A stretch of DNA of 64,000 nt from Parcubacteria group bacterium (GCA_003104935.1 PQAE01000007.1:47221-111220), one strand, 5' to 3'. Shown: positions 35,914 through 46,818, counted from the stretch's first letter. A program made the numbers and translations. The notes: generated by a model not told the origin, from the sequence alone.

Positions 35914-36729
35914 TTATTTTCGTCGCAGTATCAGACCCACACTGGGACCGCTAGCCTTGTTTTGAATTGTGTCCCAATCATGAATTGAGGACATCAAATT
36001 ATTTTCGGTATAGACAAAGTCGTGCCCCTTTCTGGTACCAGGGTCGTCGGTGATAAATTTATCGTCAACATAGCCCTTGATAACTAACATGTGATATTCC
36101 GGGCCGCCGTTTCTGAAATTTGGATTATCTAGTTCCTGGCCGTCGGCCGGCACTATCACCGGTAGGCCTTTATCCAGATAATTACGGATTTTATCCGCCG
36201 TAAGATCACTCACCACCTCGGCGCGCAGAGAAAAATTTAGCCTGGCAAACTCCGCTACCTTGGCGACCGGTAAATTATTATGCCCGCCCCAATTTTCTAT
36301 TTGCCATTGGACCAGATTAACTAATATATTTTCTGTTTCCGGCTGGGAAGGAAAATCTTTATTGGAAAAATAATAATCCACCATCAACACACTCGCTTCC
36401 TCGCAGGCGTTTTGAAAGGGCTCGGCCCAATTAGCGGTCGGTGCCTGGGAGGTAAAAGGCACATCCAGATTGATGGATTTTTTTTCGGTCAGCACATCCT
36501 TTACTTCCGTCTGCGACGGTTCCGGTGCAGGAAAGTCCAGGTTGACTAAAGGCACAACGCTGGTAGCGGTATTGCTAGCAGTATCCGTCCCGACAGTGCT
36601 GGTGCTAAAATCCAGAAAATCATGAGCCGGCGGCATGTCAATCTTCACTATACTACCCGCTTGGCGATGATAATACCAAAAACTAACACCGAAAATTAAT
36701 ATAATTAAAATGACATATATTTTTTTCAT
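35914..36729 (-). CDS. peptidase C39-like domain protein, membrane-anchored
   Basis: N-terminal transmembrane helix; VPFTSQAPTANWAEPFQNACEEASVLMVDYY (C39_2-like). Confidence 0.55.
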   Translation of the reverse strand: MKKIYVILIILIFGVSFWYYHRQAGSIVKIDMPPAHDFLDFSTSTVGTDTASNTATSVVPLVNLDFPAPEPSQTEVKDVLTEKKSINLDVPFTSQAPTANWAEPFQNACEEASVLMVDYYFSNKDFPSQPETENILVNLVQWQIENWGGHNNLPVAKVAEFARLNFSLRAEVVSDLTADKIRNYLDKGLPVIVPADGQELDNPNFRNGGPEYHMLVIKGYVDDKFITDDPGTRKGHDFVYTENNLMSSIHDWDTIQNKASGPSVGLILRRK

Positions 36730-36830
36730 AATGCCATAATAACAATATTACCACATTTTGGCAAAAAATTGACATAATCAACGATTGTTATATAATTTAA
36801 CCATCTTCGTGTTCCTGTCATCACCCGCGG

Positions 36831-37130
36831 TTGGAGGAAATAGCTATGCCCCTAAAGCTAGTGTTTGGCCTCTGCCCCATCTTGGCTATCATCACTCTCT
36901 GCCTGCTATTTTGGCGGGTAGAAGAAAAACTCCATGACGTCGAGATGTGTTGCATCAAGCTCGGACTGCTCGTCTGGGCCATCGGCTTCTGGTTCGCCCT
37001 AGGCACAGCTGCGCACTGGGCTCTAACCGGCCAATGGCACCCCACGACTATCGTCGCTTTCTCGTGCTTTGCACTGACCACATTGGCTTTTCTGGAGCCG
37101 ATCATCCGCCCTCACCTGCGCCTTCGCTAG
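36831..37130 (+). CDS. hypothetical membrane protein in a GC-rich (~57%) island
   Basis: 99 aa with three hydrophobic helices; followed by terminator AAGACCCG...CGGGTCTT + TCCTTTTTT (37147-37190). Confidence 0.45.
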   Translation: MEEIAMPLKLVFGLCPILAIITLCLLFWRVEEKLHDVEMCCIKLGLLVWAIGFWFALGTAAHWALTGQWHPTTIVAFSCFALTTLAFLEPIIRPHLRLR

Positions 37131-37636
37131 CTTTATCCCCACCGGGTACCATCTCTAAAGACCCGTTGCTCACCAGTAGCGGGTCTTTCCTTTTTTAAAA
37201 ATAAACAAAAAAAGATCAGCCGAAGCCGATCTCTTTTCTTGCTTTATACTCCCGTGGGCGGGAATATATTAGTGGTACCCGATTGACCCAGGGCTAAGAT
37301 GATGTTATTCATCAAAACCAGCACGTTGGTCACGAGTTCCACCGAAAGCACAAAGACACTTGGAGCAAATAACTTGAAGAGTAGCAACAGGAATATTAGG
37401 TTGAAAAACCCATAGAGTGCTCGAAACATATTTCTGTTGTTAGCTTCCAGGCCCGAGGAGAAATATCCAAGGATATTCGACGACTATCCCCAGACGCGGA
37501 AGCGTCCAAGATATTCTCTGCAGGCAACTGGGTCCTAATATATTAAGAACCAGCTCCCTACAGAGAAATAATCTGCTCTATGTTAATGAACCTTCTCTAA
37601 TTTAGGCATAACATATAATAAAAAATAAGGCAAGTT

Positions 37637-39157
37637 TTAGCGGCTAAAAATCTTATTTCTATACTGCAAAGCCTCTAAAATATGACTGGGGCTAATTTGT
37701 TCACAGCCCTCTAAATCGGCGATAGTCCGCGCCACTTTTAGTATTTTAAAATAGGCCCGGGCGGACAAATCCAGCTGGTCAGTGGCCCGACTAAGTATCT
37801 GACGGGACTGATCATCGATAGCACAGAACTTTTTTATTTGCTGGACAGATAATTGATTGTTTAATTTTGCGCCCATACCGTTATATCTTTTATTTTGCCT
37901 ATTCCGCGCCGTGGCCACTCTTTGCCGAATAGACTCTGATGATTCTGTATTAATATTGACGCAATCTAATTCCTCACTCTTTACCTTGGAGACAAACAAA
38001 TGTAAATCTATCCGGTCCAAGAGCGGTCCGGATAATCTTTTTTGATAACGCTTGATGTCGTGGTTACTACAATGGCACTTATTGGTACTATCCAATAAGT
38101 ATCCGCAAGGGCAGGGATTGGCCGTGGCTAATAATATAAAATCCGCCGGAAAATCAAAACTGCCTTTGGCCCGAGATACGGTAATTATCTTATCTTCCAG
38201 GGGCTGGCGCAAAGCTTCTAAAACCGTACGGGGGAATTCCAATATTTCATCCAAAAATAAAACATTTTTGTGCGCCAGGCTGATTTCTCCGGGACGAGGC
38301 CAAGAGCCGCCGCCGACTATTGCCGAGACCGAAGCGCTGTGGTGGGGACTCCGCAAAAGCCGCTGGGAAATCAAGTGCTTTTGCCCAGTTAAAAGTCCGG
38401 CCAAACTAAAAATTTTTCCTATTTCCAAGGCTTCGGCTAAATCCAGAGGCGGTAAGATCGATAGAAAACTTTTGGCAAGCAATGTTTTGCCCGCTCCGGG
38501 CGGTCCGACCATCAGCACATTGTGCCCACCGGCGGCGGCGATCTCTAATACCCGTTTGGCTTCGGCCTGTCCCCTAACTTCGCTAAAATCTAGAGTGGAC
38601 TCCGCCAACGTGGGACAAAAATCAGTCTGGATTAGTGGATTAACGATAATTTTTTTATTTAAAAAATCCACCAGCTGTCGCAAGTGGCTAATCGGGTATA
38701 TTTCCAGGCCGCGAATCAGTGCCGCTTCAGCGGCGTTGGCCTCGGGAATGAAAACTTTGGAAAATCCGGCTTCTTGCAGAGCCGCTACCATGACCAAAAC
38801 TCCGGGTACGGCCTTGAGATCACCGGCTAATGATAATTCGCCGATAAAAGCCAACTTTTCTGTCGGTAAAATAAGCTCACCGCTGGCTAATAAAATACTG
38901 ACGGCGATCGGCAGGTCATAAGAACCGCCTTCTTTGCGGATTTGGGCCGGGGCCAGATTGACCACCACTTTTTTGCGGGGAAAATCTAAATCACTACTTT
39001 CAATAGCCGCCCAAACCCGCTCTTTGGCCTCTTGTACCGAAGTATCAGGCAGGCCGACAAAGATTATTTTGGGCAAATGGCGGGATAAATTTGCTTCTAC
39101 TTCTACCAATACTCCCTGCAAACCCAGCGGGGCCATGGTATAGACTTTTTCTGACAT
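37637..39157 (-). CDS. YifB/ComM family Mg-chelatase-like AAA+ ATPase
   Basis: Lon-like N-terminal domain; Walker A VGPPGAGKTLLAKSF; 506 aa. Confidence 0.85.
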   Translation of the reverse strand: MSEKVYTMAPLGLQGVLVEVEANLSRHLPKIIFVGLPDTSVQEAKERVWAAIESSDLDFPRKKVVVNLAPAQIRKEGGSYDLPIAVSILLASGELILPTEKLAFIGELSLAGDLKAVPGVLVMVAALQEAGFSKVFIPEANAAEAALIRGLEIYPISHLRQLVDFLNKKIIVNPLIQTDFCPTLAESTLDFSEVRGQAEAKRVLEIAAAGGHNVLMVGPPGAGKTLLAKSFLSILPPLDLAEALEIGKIFSLAGLLTGQKHLISQRLLRSPHHSASVSAIVGGGSWPRPGEISLAHKNVLFLDEILEFPRTVLEALRQPLEDKIITVSRAKGSFDFPADFILLATANPCPCGYLLDSTNKCHCSNHDIKRYQKRLSGPLLDRIDLHLFVSKVKSEELDCVNINTESSESIRQRVATARNRQNKRYNGMGAKLNNQLSVQQIKKFCAIDDQSRQILSRATDQLDLSARAYFKILKVARTIADLEGCEQISPSHILEALQYRNKIFSR

Positions 39158-39261
39158 AAAATCGCTTTCTCACCTAACAAAAAACTAACATTACTCTCCG
39201 ACGTTTTCTTCATAAACGCCAATCACTTCTTCAAATTAGCTTTAATCTTAGTAAAATTTGC

Positions 39262-39699
39262 CTAAACTGTCAAACCAGAATCATCTTTTTTACTTTTAGG
39301 CAAATTAAACAACAAAAGCCAGACCACCCCAATAGTAATATAACTATCCGCCAGATTAAACACAAAAAAATTGGGCCAACTCAAAAAATCTATCACCCCA
39401 TGATAAAATAAACGGTCAATCAGGTTACTGATCGCTCCGATGATGATCAAAGACCATGGCCAAAGCATGATACTTTTATTTTTCCGACTCTTGTCGGCAT
39501 AGTAAAACAGAAAAAATAAAATAATAACCGCCAGAGGATAATACATCCAGGCGATCATGGGCCAGGAAAAGGCCATGTGCGGATTGATACTAAAACTAAT
39601 AAAGCCCCCGCGACTGCCAGAGAGCGATGGGCTTATGAAGAAAATTAATTTAGTAACCCGATCAATGACAAATAGTAATAAAATGCCCCAATAGAACAT
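39262..39699 (-). CDS. lspA: lipoprotein signal peptidase II
   Basis: INPHMAFSW, VIDFLSW, FNLADS; start taken at MFYWGILL. Confidence 0.8.
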   Translation of the reverse strand: MFYWGILLLFVIDRVTKLIFFISPSLSGSRGGFISFSINPHMAFSWPMIAWMYYPLAVIILFFLFYYADKSRKNKSIMLWPWSLIIIGAISNLIDRLFYHGVIDFLSWPNFFVFNLADSYITIGVVWLLLFNLPKSKKDDSGLTV

Positions 39700-40061
39700 T
39701 ATAATGATTTTTGCTTGCAACTCATGCAAGAAGTGGCCGAGGGGAAAGCTTCTAGTCTCTCCAGAGAAATAGGTTGCCCGCACCTTTCACATAGGCCATA
39801 CTTACCCTGCTCTATCTTTTCAATGGCTTTATTGACATTAAAAAGAGAGACCTCTAGGGTCTTTTCTAATGACAGATTTTTCTCAAAAGTGGCTACCTCC
39901 GCCGCGTTTTCGTCATCCTTATCGCCGAAGTCCACAAATTTGGCGTCATAATTATTATCACCAACCTGCTCGGCATCGACGTTTAATTCCCGCAGCAGTT
40001 CCTCGCGGCGTTTTTCCAAATCTTTTTTCCTTTCAGCTATAAATTTTGCGTCCATTTTCAT
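39699..40061 (-). CDS. DksA/TraR family C4-type zinc-finger protein
   Basis: C-terminal CERCGQPISLERLEAFPSATSCMSCK four-Cys zinc finger. Confidence 0.75.
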   Translation of the reverse strand: MKMDAKFIAERKKDLEKRREELLRELNVDAEQVGDNNYDAKFVDFGDKDDENAAEVATFEKNLSLEKTLEVSLFNVNKAIEKIEQGKYGLCERCGQPISLERLEAFPSATSCMSCKQKSL

Positions 40062-40062
40062 A

Positions 40063-40503
40063 TTAGTGCTTTCTACACCCCTTTAAACATATTAACATAT
40101 TAGCAAATAAAGCCAATAAAATCAATTGCCCGGAGGGCAATTGCCCCGGCCGAACAAAGTGAAGCGCTGGGGCCCATATCGTAAAATTTCTAAAAGTTTT
40201 TATCAATAATCTTATTGTTTCTAAAATTGAAACGACAAAATTTTTTTCATATTTTGGTAAATTAATAAGGCGCACTCTGGTGCCCCTAAAAGCTAATGTT
40301 TTAAGTGGGCGGTGGTACGCCTTATACCTCTGCAATACAGCAGCTTTGACTTTTTGTAAGTCGAAATTGGACTGCATGTTGTGATGCAAAGATCTGATGC
40401 CCCTACTCTTACTCAAGAGGCTATAGCTAACTACCGAACCACGGTTGTTTCTCCGCTTTTTAGGCGAGGATGAACCTTTTTGTTTTTGTTTTATTTCGCC
40501 CAT
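40063..40503 (-). CDS. hypothetical basic protein
   Basis: 146-aa ORF with a Lys/Arg-rich N-terminus; no recognisable family. Confidence 0.3.
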   Translation of the reverse strand: MGEIKQKQKGSSSPKKRRNNRGSVVSYSLLSKSRGIRSLHHNMQSNFDLQKVKAAVLQRYKAYHRPLKTLAFRGTRVRLINLPKYEKNFVVSILETIRLLIKTFRNFTIWAPALHFVRPGQLPSGQLILLALFANMLICLKGCRKH

Positions 40504-40785
40504 GGGGCGACCACCCTATGGGTGATGTTGGTGAAGCGGTAAGGGCGCTTCTATTTTTTTTGCTGGTTCAGTAACTAGCAAAGAGTTACCCATTAATCTA
40601 AACTAATGGCCAATTCCTTGGTGATATAAAGGTACTTATCTACTGTAAGTATATCATATTGTGAACAATGTGTCAATAATAATTATTGGCTAATTTTAGC
40701 AAAAAAAATGATTAAAAAAAGTATATATTGACACAACAACAATAATATCTTCTGAGAAATCAACAGGTTATCCACAGCACTAATA

Positions 40786-42135
40786 CTAAAAACATAATTG
40801 CCAACCTCGGCTCTGTTCCTCTGACAATCCAAAAATCTCTAAAAGACCTATGTTTTCCGACTTCAAATAATCTTTTATAGCCCCTTGGGGCAACTTATCT
40901 ACCTGCCAGATCATAAAATCCTTGATTTTAGGAGCCTCTGACTGGTCACATTGATTCCACCAGTCACTCACAAAGGAGCTGCGGCTGATAAACTGCTCCA
41001 ACCATAGTTGAGAATTGCCTACATAATAGGTAGTGTTGCTCTGCCAACCAAACAAATTGTCAAACTGCCAATATTGCTGATCACGATAGTCGTGTTTGCT
41101 CACATTTTCTGGCTTTTCGGCCATTAATTCAGTATATTTTGTACCGTCGGACAAGGTTTTAGTCCTTTCAGCTAGGGTAAGCTGGCTAGCCAGATCTATC
41201 AGCAGGGACTGCCAGTCGCTGGAGCCGGCGATAAGCCAATCCGGACCCCTTTGTAACACCAGGTTACCCCCGGTCAAAAGCTGTTGATCCGTGCCATATA
41301 AACTATCATATGGTAGACTCTGAAAAATTGGCTTTATCAGATATTCTTTAATAAAAGTAAGGTTATCCGCTGAATCCGTACTATAACCCAGAGCTAATTC
41401 AAAGTCGGTAGGTATAGGCACACTCTCCCAGAATGGTTGGTTAAGGTCTGCCCGCGCTTGACCGGACAGAGGTTGGCTCAATTTTATTATTTTTTTATTA
41501 CCCCGACTATAAAAATTTAGATAAAACTCCGGGCCATCAACAAAAGTATTTAGCCAACCTGCGAGCGGATCTAGCACGGGCCAAGATTTGTCCGTATGCC
41601 AGTAGATATTTATACCGACCTTATTCGGCATCTGATCCCAATGAGTGTTGGGCTGGTCAGAAATATCCGCCGCCGCTTCCGTTTGGTTGCTAATAGCCAA
41701 AATATTGTTTGCCAACTGACGATAATAATAATCGGGTTGATCTTTTTTTAATTTTTTAATCAGCGGAGAGACTGGTTCGTTTAAAACCAATAGCCAAGAA
41801 TTAGCGGAAAGGTGGTTTGCCGTCTTAAACCATAATCTATCCTTAATTTTACTGTAGTCACCGGACAAGATGTTCTGCAAAAACCGGTCTTGATCGAGCC
41901 AGGCCTGATAATTGATGATGTTTTTGTCTTTAACCCAATTGACCATGGGATCGCTGACCGTTGCCGGCTGATAATAAAAAATAGTATCCTCCGGCAGGAA
42001 AGAAAATACCGAAAATGTCTTTTTTGGCCAAGCCCAAAATATAATAACGGCTAATAATAAAACGGCCAGGGCTACTACCAAACCGATTAAGCCCGGCCGT
42101 TTTATATAACCTAATATAACTGCTTTACTAAGCAT
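40786..42135 (-). CDS. hypothetical membrane-anchored protein
   Basis: 449 aa with an N-terminal transmembrane helix LIGLVVALAVLLLAVIIF. Confidence 0.5.
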   Translation of the reverse strand: MLSKAVILGYIKRPGLIGLVVALAVLLLAVIIFWAWPKKTFSVFSFLPEDTIFYYQPATVSDPMVNWVKDKNIINYQAWLDQDRFLQNILSGDYSKIKDRLWFKTANHLSANSWLLVLNEPVSPLIKKLKKDQPDYYYRQLANNILAISNQTEAAADISDQPNTHWDQMPNKVGINIYWHTDKSWPVLDPLAGWLNTFVDGPEFYLNFYSRGNKKIIKLSQPLSGQARADLNQPFWESVPIPTDFELALGYSTDSADNLTFIKEYLIKPIFQSLPYDSLYGTDQQLLTGGNLVLQRGPDWLIAGSSDWQSLLIDLASQLTLAERTKTLSDGTKYTELMAEKPENVSKHDYRDQQYWQFDNLFGWQSNTTYYVGNSQLWLEQFISRSSFVSDWWNQCDQSEAPKIKDFMIWQVDKLPQGAIKDYLKSENIGLLEIFGLSEEQSRGWQLCF

Positions 42136-42147
42136 TAAAATTGATAA

Positions 42148-44358
42148 CTAGTGGCGATTAAAGCGCGGACGGCGGTCATGATCGCGGGTCGGACGCCGCG
42201 GACGATCTACATAACCCTCCGGACGGGGCAAAAGCGCCTTGATGGACAGGCCGACGCGGCCTTTTTCCTTGTCCACTTCCATTACTTTTACCTTAACTTT
42301 ATCGCCCAGTTTCAAAACATCGCTGATTTTCTCTACGCGGGTATAAGAGATCTCGGAAATATGCACCATGCCGTCCTTACCGGGTAAAAGCTGGGCAATG
42401 GCTCCGATTTCGGCCCCGGTATTTTTATCCGTAACAATACGGACTATTTCACCGTCATAAATCTCGCCTACTTGAAGTTCTTTGACGATATTTTCAATCC
42501 ACTCTTTGGCCCGGCGCGCACCGTCCTCGTCGGTAGAAGTGATCATCACTAATCCATCTTGTTCTACGTCGATGGTGACACCGCATTTTTCGATAATTTC
42601 ATTGATTACTTTGCCGCCACTGCCGATAACATCGCGGATTTTTTCCGGATCAATACGCAGAGTAGTAATGCGGGGAGCATATTGGGAAAGTTCTGGCCGG
42701 GGCTGAGCGATCACGGCGTCCATCACATCCAAAACTTGATGGCGGGCTTTTTTAGCACCGGCTAAAGCTTCTTCTAAAACCTTGTAGGCTACACCGCCGA
42801 GCTTGATGTCTAATTGGATGGCGGTAATGCCGTTTCTGGTACCGGCTACTTTAAAATCCATATGACCGGAATGGTCCTCAATACCCTGAATATCGGTCAG
42901 GATCTGATATTTATTTTTATCATTATCATCAACTACTAGCCCCATGGCAATGCCAGCCACGGCGGCTTTGATCGGCACCCCGGCATCCATCAAAGATAAA
43001 CTGGAACCACAAACTGAAGCCTGGGAAGAAGAACCGTTTGATCCTAACACCTCGGAAACAACGCGGATGGTATAGGGAAAATCCTCATCCGCCGGCAATA
43101 CCGGTTCAATAGCTTTTTCCGCCAAAGCCCCGTGGCCGATTTCCCGGCGTCCGGGACCACGCAAAGGCCGTACTTCTCCCACGGAAAATCCGGGAAAGTT
43201 ATAATGATGCATATATTTCTTGGTGCCGGACTCTTCCATAGTATCCAAAGTCTGTTCGTCGCCCGGAGCGCCCAGGGTTACCACGGACAACACTTGCGTT
43301 TCGCCACGATTAAATAAGGCGCTGCCATGGGTACGCGGTAACAGTGCGACTTCGGCCGAAAGATTTCTGATTTCATCAAATTTTCTTTTGTCCGGTCTTT
43401 GTTTTTTTTGCAGAACTAAAGATTTAAAGGCTCTGGTTAGAGCTTCATCAATCATAGACACTCCCATCGCTCGCATATCTTTGGTAACTTCATTATCGGC
43501 CTTGAGCACGGCATCTATTTTTTCAGTAATAGCTGTAATAGCGGCCTTAGTTTTGGATTTATCGGGATTAAAACAATCCTCCAGATTTTCCTGAGCCAAA
43601 AGTTCTTCCACTTTAGCACTGACCTTATCGCGCAGAGCTTGTTTTTCCGGATCTAATTCGGTTTCCACCTTACGCTCACCCACTTCACTGATGATCTGCT
43701 CGATAAAAGGCATGATTTTTTTGATATGCCGTCCGGCAAACTCAATTCCGGCAAACATATCATCCTCCGAGACCTGCTGGGCGCCGGCTTCGATCATTAT
43801 CACTTCTTCTTTATTGCCGACGACAAATAATTCCAAATCACTTTTTGCTTTAGCCTCCACCGTCGGGTTCAAAACCCACTCCGTGCCGATCCGTCCGACC
43901 TGGACACCGGCCAAAGGGCCACCCCAGGGGATAGAGGAAATACCCAAGGCAATAGAAGAAGCAATGACCGCGGGAAAATCGGGGTCATTGATCCCATCAT
44001 AAGATAAAACCGTGACTACCACCTGCACATCATTACGTTCACTCTCCTTAAATAAGGGACGGATAGAACGATCGATCAGGCGGGCGGTCAAAACTGCCTC
44101 GTCGGTAGCCCGACCTTCGCGCTTGATAAAACGCGAACCCTTGATCTTGCCGGCGGCATAGAGCTTTTCTTCATAATCGACCATCAGCGGAAAGTAATCG
44201 ATGCCTTCGCGGATGGCAGACGAGCTCACGGCAGTAGCTAAAACTACAGTATCGCCGTAACTTACTGTACAGGACCCTTGGGCCTGCTGGGCTAGTTTGC
44301 CGACCTCTACTTTGAGCTCTTGGCCGGCCACTTCCATATTAAATTGTTTGATTGACAT
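42148..44358 (-). CDS. pnp: polynucleotide phosphorylase
   Basis: Two RNase PH domains, KH (GSGGKVINEI) and S1; ...RPLRGPGRREIGHGALAEKA. Start taken at MSIKQFNMEVAG. Confidence 0.9.
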   Translation of the reverse strand: MSIKQFNMEVAGQELKVEVGKLAQQAQGSCTVSYGDTVVLATAVSSSAIREGIDYFPLMVDYEEKLYAAGKIKGSRFIKREGRATDEAVLTARLIDRSIRPLFKESERNDVQVVVTVLSYDGINDPDFPAVIASSIALGISSIPWGGPLAGVQVGRIGTEWVLNPTVEAKAKSDLELFVVGNKEEVIMIEAGAQQVSEDDMFAGIEFAGRHIKKIMPFIEQIISEVGERKVETELDPEKQALRDKVSAKVEELLAQENLEDCFNPDKSKTKAAITAITEKIDAVLKADNEVTKDMRAMGVSMIDEALTRAFKSLVLQKKQRPDKRKFDEIRNLSAEVALLPRTHGSALFNRGETQVLSVVTLGAPGDEQTLDTMEESGTKKYMHHYNFPGFSVGEVRPLRGPGRREIGHGALAEKAIEPVLPADEDFPYTIRVVSEVLGSNGSSSQASVCGSSLSLMDAGVPIKAAVAGIAMGLVVDDNDKNKYQILTDIQGIEDHSGHMDFKVAGTRNGITAIQLDIKLGGVAYKVLEEALAGAKKARHQVLDVMDAVIAQPRPELSQYAPRITTLRIDPEKIRDVIGSGGKVINEIIEKCGVTIDVEQDGLVMITSTDEDGARRAKEWIENIVKELQVGEIYDGEIVRIVTDKNTGAEIGAIAQLLPGKDGMVHISEISYTRVEKISDVLKLGDKVKVKVMEVDKEKGRVGLSIKALLPRPEGYVDRPRRPTRDHDRRPRFNRH

Positions 44359-44524
44359 AAATGTCTCCTCAGACTGACTAGAGAATTGATGCGACAAATA
44401 TCAACGCGGTAAATTTTACCGGACTAATATCTGCCTACCAATACTCTGCCCCAGTCTATTAATTAATGAATTAAAGGCCCCGCCAGCTCCGCCACCCGGC
44501 AGATCAAACAGGGCCGCTATATTA

Positions 44525-44881
44525 TTACTCTTTTACTTCTTCGTTCTCTTCGATGACTTCCTCTTCCGGGGTTTCCAAACCCAGGTCAATAGCGTCCTCC
44601 AACTTTTGGCCGCTCTTGATCTTTAGTTTTAAAATCTTGACCAGCTTGGTAAAGCGCTTTTCATCTTCGCGCTCCAGATAGCGGAGCAGTTTGTGACGGA
44701 GCGATACTTTGGCCAACAAACCGCGGCGGGAAGAATAATCTTTTTTGTTTTCCCGCAAGTGTTTGGTCAGTTCTTTTATTTCTTCGGTCAAAATCGCAAT
44801 TTGGACTTCAGTGGAACCGGTATCGCTCTTGTGGGTCTTGAACTTCTCGATAATTTGCTGTTTTTTTCTCTTTTCTAACAT
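44525..44881 (-). CDS. rpsO: 30S ribosomal protein S15 with an acidic C-terminal extension
   Basis: ...GSTEVQIAILTEEIKELTKHLRENKKDYSSRRGLLAKVSLRHKLLRYL; upstream of pnp. Confidence 0.85.
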   Translation of the reverse strand: MLEKRKKQQIIEKFKTHKSDTGSTEVQIAILTEEIKELTKHLRENKKDYSSRRGLLAKVSLRHKLLRYLEREDEKRFTKLVKILKLKIKSGQKLEDAIDLGLETPEEEVIEENEEVKE

Positions 44882-45001
44882 ATTTTTCCTTTTACGCCTT
44901 TGACCGAGCTTAGCCCCGAGTTAGCGATGTCGGGCCAGACCAAGCCAGAGGTAATTAATTAAGTGTCTATAAACTAACATTTTGAAGGGGAAAAGTCAAT
45001 C

Positions 45002-45988
45002 CTACAAAGGAAAGTCTAAAAGGCCTTTTAACTTCATAGTATTACCGTAACCAAATAGCCCTAAATACGATTGTTTAGTAAATTCATTGTAGTTTTTTAA
45101 TTTGAGCCTGGTCAACATTCTTTTTTTACTTGTTGTCCTCAAAACACGATGATCTGTAAAATGTACCCACCCTAAAAAATCTATACCGGAATACAGGGTT
45201 TTAATAAAAACCTTATCGGGATGTAATTGTAATCGCAAATCATTATTTAAAAAATGTTTTATCACGCCCAAAATATTTTCTAACCATTTTTTGTCCTTAG
45301 ATAATATAACAAAATCATCGGCATATCGAATATAATATTTGGCTTTTAGCTTATGTTTTACAAACTGGTCAAATGTATTCATATAAACATTGACTAGTAG
45401 TTGTGATGTCAAATTTCCTAAAGGTAAACCTTTGTTATTGATGTGAAAACTATCAATCACTCTATTTAATAGCCATAAAATATTTTCATCAGCTATATAC
45501 TGACTTAAAATATCTATTAATATACTATGATCAATATTGGCAAAAAATTTCTTAATATCTCCTTTCAACACCCAAGCTGTTTTGGTATGATTTTGAGATG
45601 CTCGATAAGCAAAATTACAAAACTTGTTTATGGCCTTGTGAGTCCCTTTACCTAAACGGCAGGAATAAGAATCAGCAATAAATGTCGTGTCAAAAAAAGG
45701 ATACAAAACCCTATAGATAGCGTGATGTAATAGTCTATCGCGAACACTGGCCTTATGAATGTTTCTTGGTTTAGGGTCAGAAATATTGAAAGCCTGATAA
45801 TCCGAATGCCAATAAGTCTTATTTTTCAAATCACTATGTAGAGCTATAATATTACTCATTAAATCTAATTCAAATTCTTGGACATCCCGACGACTTCTTT
45901 TGCCTTTGATAAACTCCTGCCAGGCTAAAAGCAAATTTTCCAAAGAAATGATATAATCATAACTATAATTAAATTTAATTTTGCTCAT
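45002..45988 (-). CDS. diversity-generating retroelement reverse transcriptase (DGR-2)
   Basis: GLPLGNLTSQLLVNVYMNTFD (xGxxxSQ), YIRYADDFVIL; ATG start preceded by a G10-TATAAT element. Confidence 0.85.
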   Translation of the reverse strand: MSKIKFNYSYDYIISLENLLLAWQEFIKGKRSRRDVQEFELDLMSNIIALHSDLKNKTYWHSDYQAFNISDPKPRNIHKASVRDRLLHHAIYRVLYPFFDTTFIADSYSCRLGKGTHKAINKFCNFAYRASQNHTKTAWVLKGDIKKFFANIDHSILIDILSQYIADENILWLLNRVIDSFHINNKGLPLGNLTSQLLVNVYMNTFDQFVKHKLKAKYYIRYADDFVILSKDKKWLENILGVIKHFLNNDLRLQLHPDKVFIKTLYSGIDFLGWVHFTDHRVLRTTSKKRMLTRLKLKNYNEFTKQSYLGLFGYGNTMKLKGLLDFPL

Positions 45989-46049
45989 ATGACAGATTAT
46001 ACCCCCCCCCCGTCTATTACCAGTACTTCAAAAACTAAAAAGTGTTTAT

Positions 46050-46364
46050 TTGCTATGGTATAGCTATTACCAAGTTTTGCCAAAAAATCATCGCTATTCT
46101 CTGGGAATAAAAGTTGATAATTTACTGACGGAAACAATAGAATCAGTGGCTACGGCTATTTTCTTGGTACCCAACGACAAATTACCATACGTGCGACGAG
46201 GCATTCAGAAATTAGACACCTTAAAAATATTTCTAATGATTCTCTGGGAAACGAAATCTTTAGACGATAATAAATATATCGCCTTGTCAGTAAAAATAGA
46301 CGAGGTTGGCAAAATGTTGGGTGGCTGGCAAGGACAGATATTAAAACAAAACTCTCCTAAATAA
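46050..46364 (+). CDS. Avd-like four-helix-bundle protein, divergent from RT-2
   Basis: 104 aa; PKNHRYSLGIKVDNLLTETIESVATA; homologous to 30028-30369. Confidence 0.6.
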   Translation: MLWYSYYQVLPKNHRYSLGIKVDNLLTETIESVATAIFLVPNDKLPYVRRGIQKLDTLKIFLMILWETKSLDDNKYIALSVKIDEVGKMLGGWQGQILKQNSPK

Positions 46365-46385
46365 ATTAGGAGAGAAACGAAGTAT

Positions 46386-46507
46386 TTGCAGACCGCCGCG
46401 GGGTTGTTGTCGTTGAAGTTGTTGTCCAGGTAGTTGTAGTTCCAGTTCCACTGCTGGCCATTCCAGTAGAGATAGCGGACGTACAAGTTGCCGTTGGAGT
46501 TGCGGTA
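46386..46507 (-). repeat. DGR-2 template repeat (TR2)
   Basis: 122 bp matching 46929-47050; all 14 mismatches are T on the plus strand (A on the minus strand). Confidence 0.85.
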
Positions 46508-46818
46508 TTATATATAATGCCGTCTATAGCACTGCCCATAGACCCGTTCGACTCCATCCCGCGATGCGGGACTTCGCTCAGGGTCATCCCGAATTTATTG
46601 AAGGATGAATACTCGCCGGGCTGTATCGTATTTGTGATCTAAAATCACTTAGCACTATATACCAAGTATCTTCATTTTTTGAGTTTCTAGGCATCTCTCT
46701 ATCTTAAACCGCAGTCTAAGCTATTCTCAATGCATAGATACTGGATTCGGCCGTAAAAAACCTTGATCTTTTACTGATTAGCCTAGTACCAATTATACTT
46801 TATCATAAATTGAAGAAG

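Noticed and set aside
38052-39143. ORFs 38052-38921(+) and 38934-39143(+)
   Set aside because: Antisense to the well-supported ComM/YifB AAA+ gene; Ser/Arg-rich low-complexity translations.
42151-44002. Plus-strand ORFs inside pnp (42151-42387, 42482-42706, 42559-42765, 43132-43317, 43220-43594, 43691-44002)
   Set aside because: Antisense to polynucleotide phosphorylase.
46205-46587. ORFs 46205-46486(-) and 46366-46587(-)
   Set aside because: They are translations of the DGR-2 template repeat; their similarity to the target C-terminus comes from the TR/VR homology. The TR is a non-coding template.
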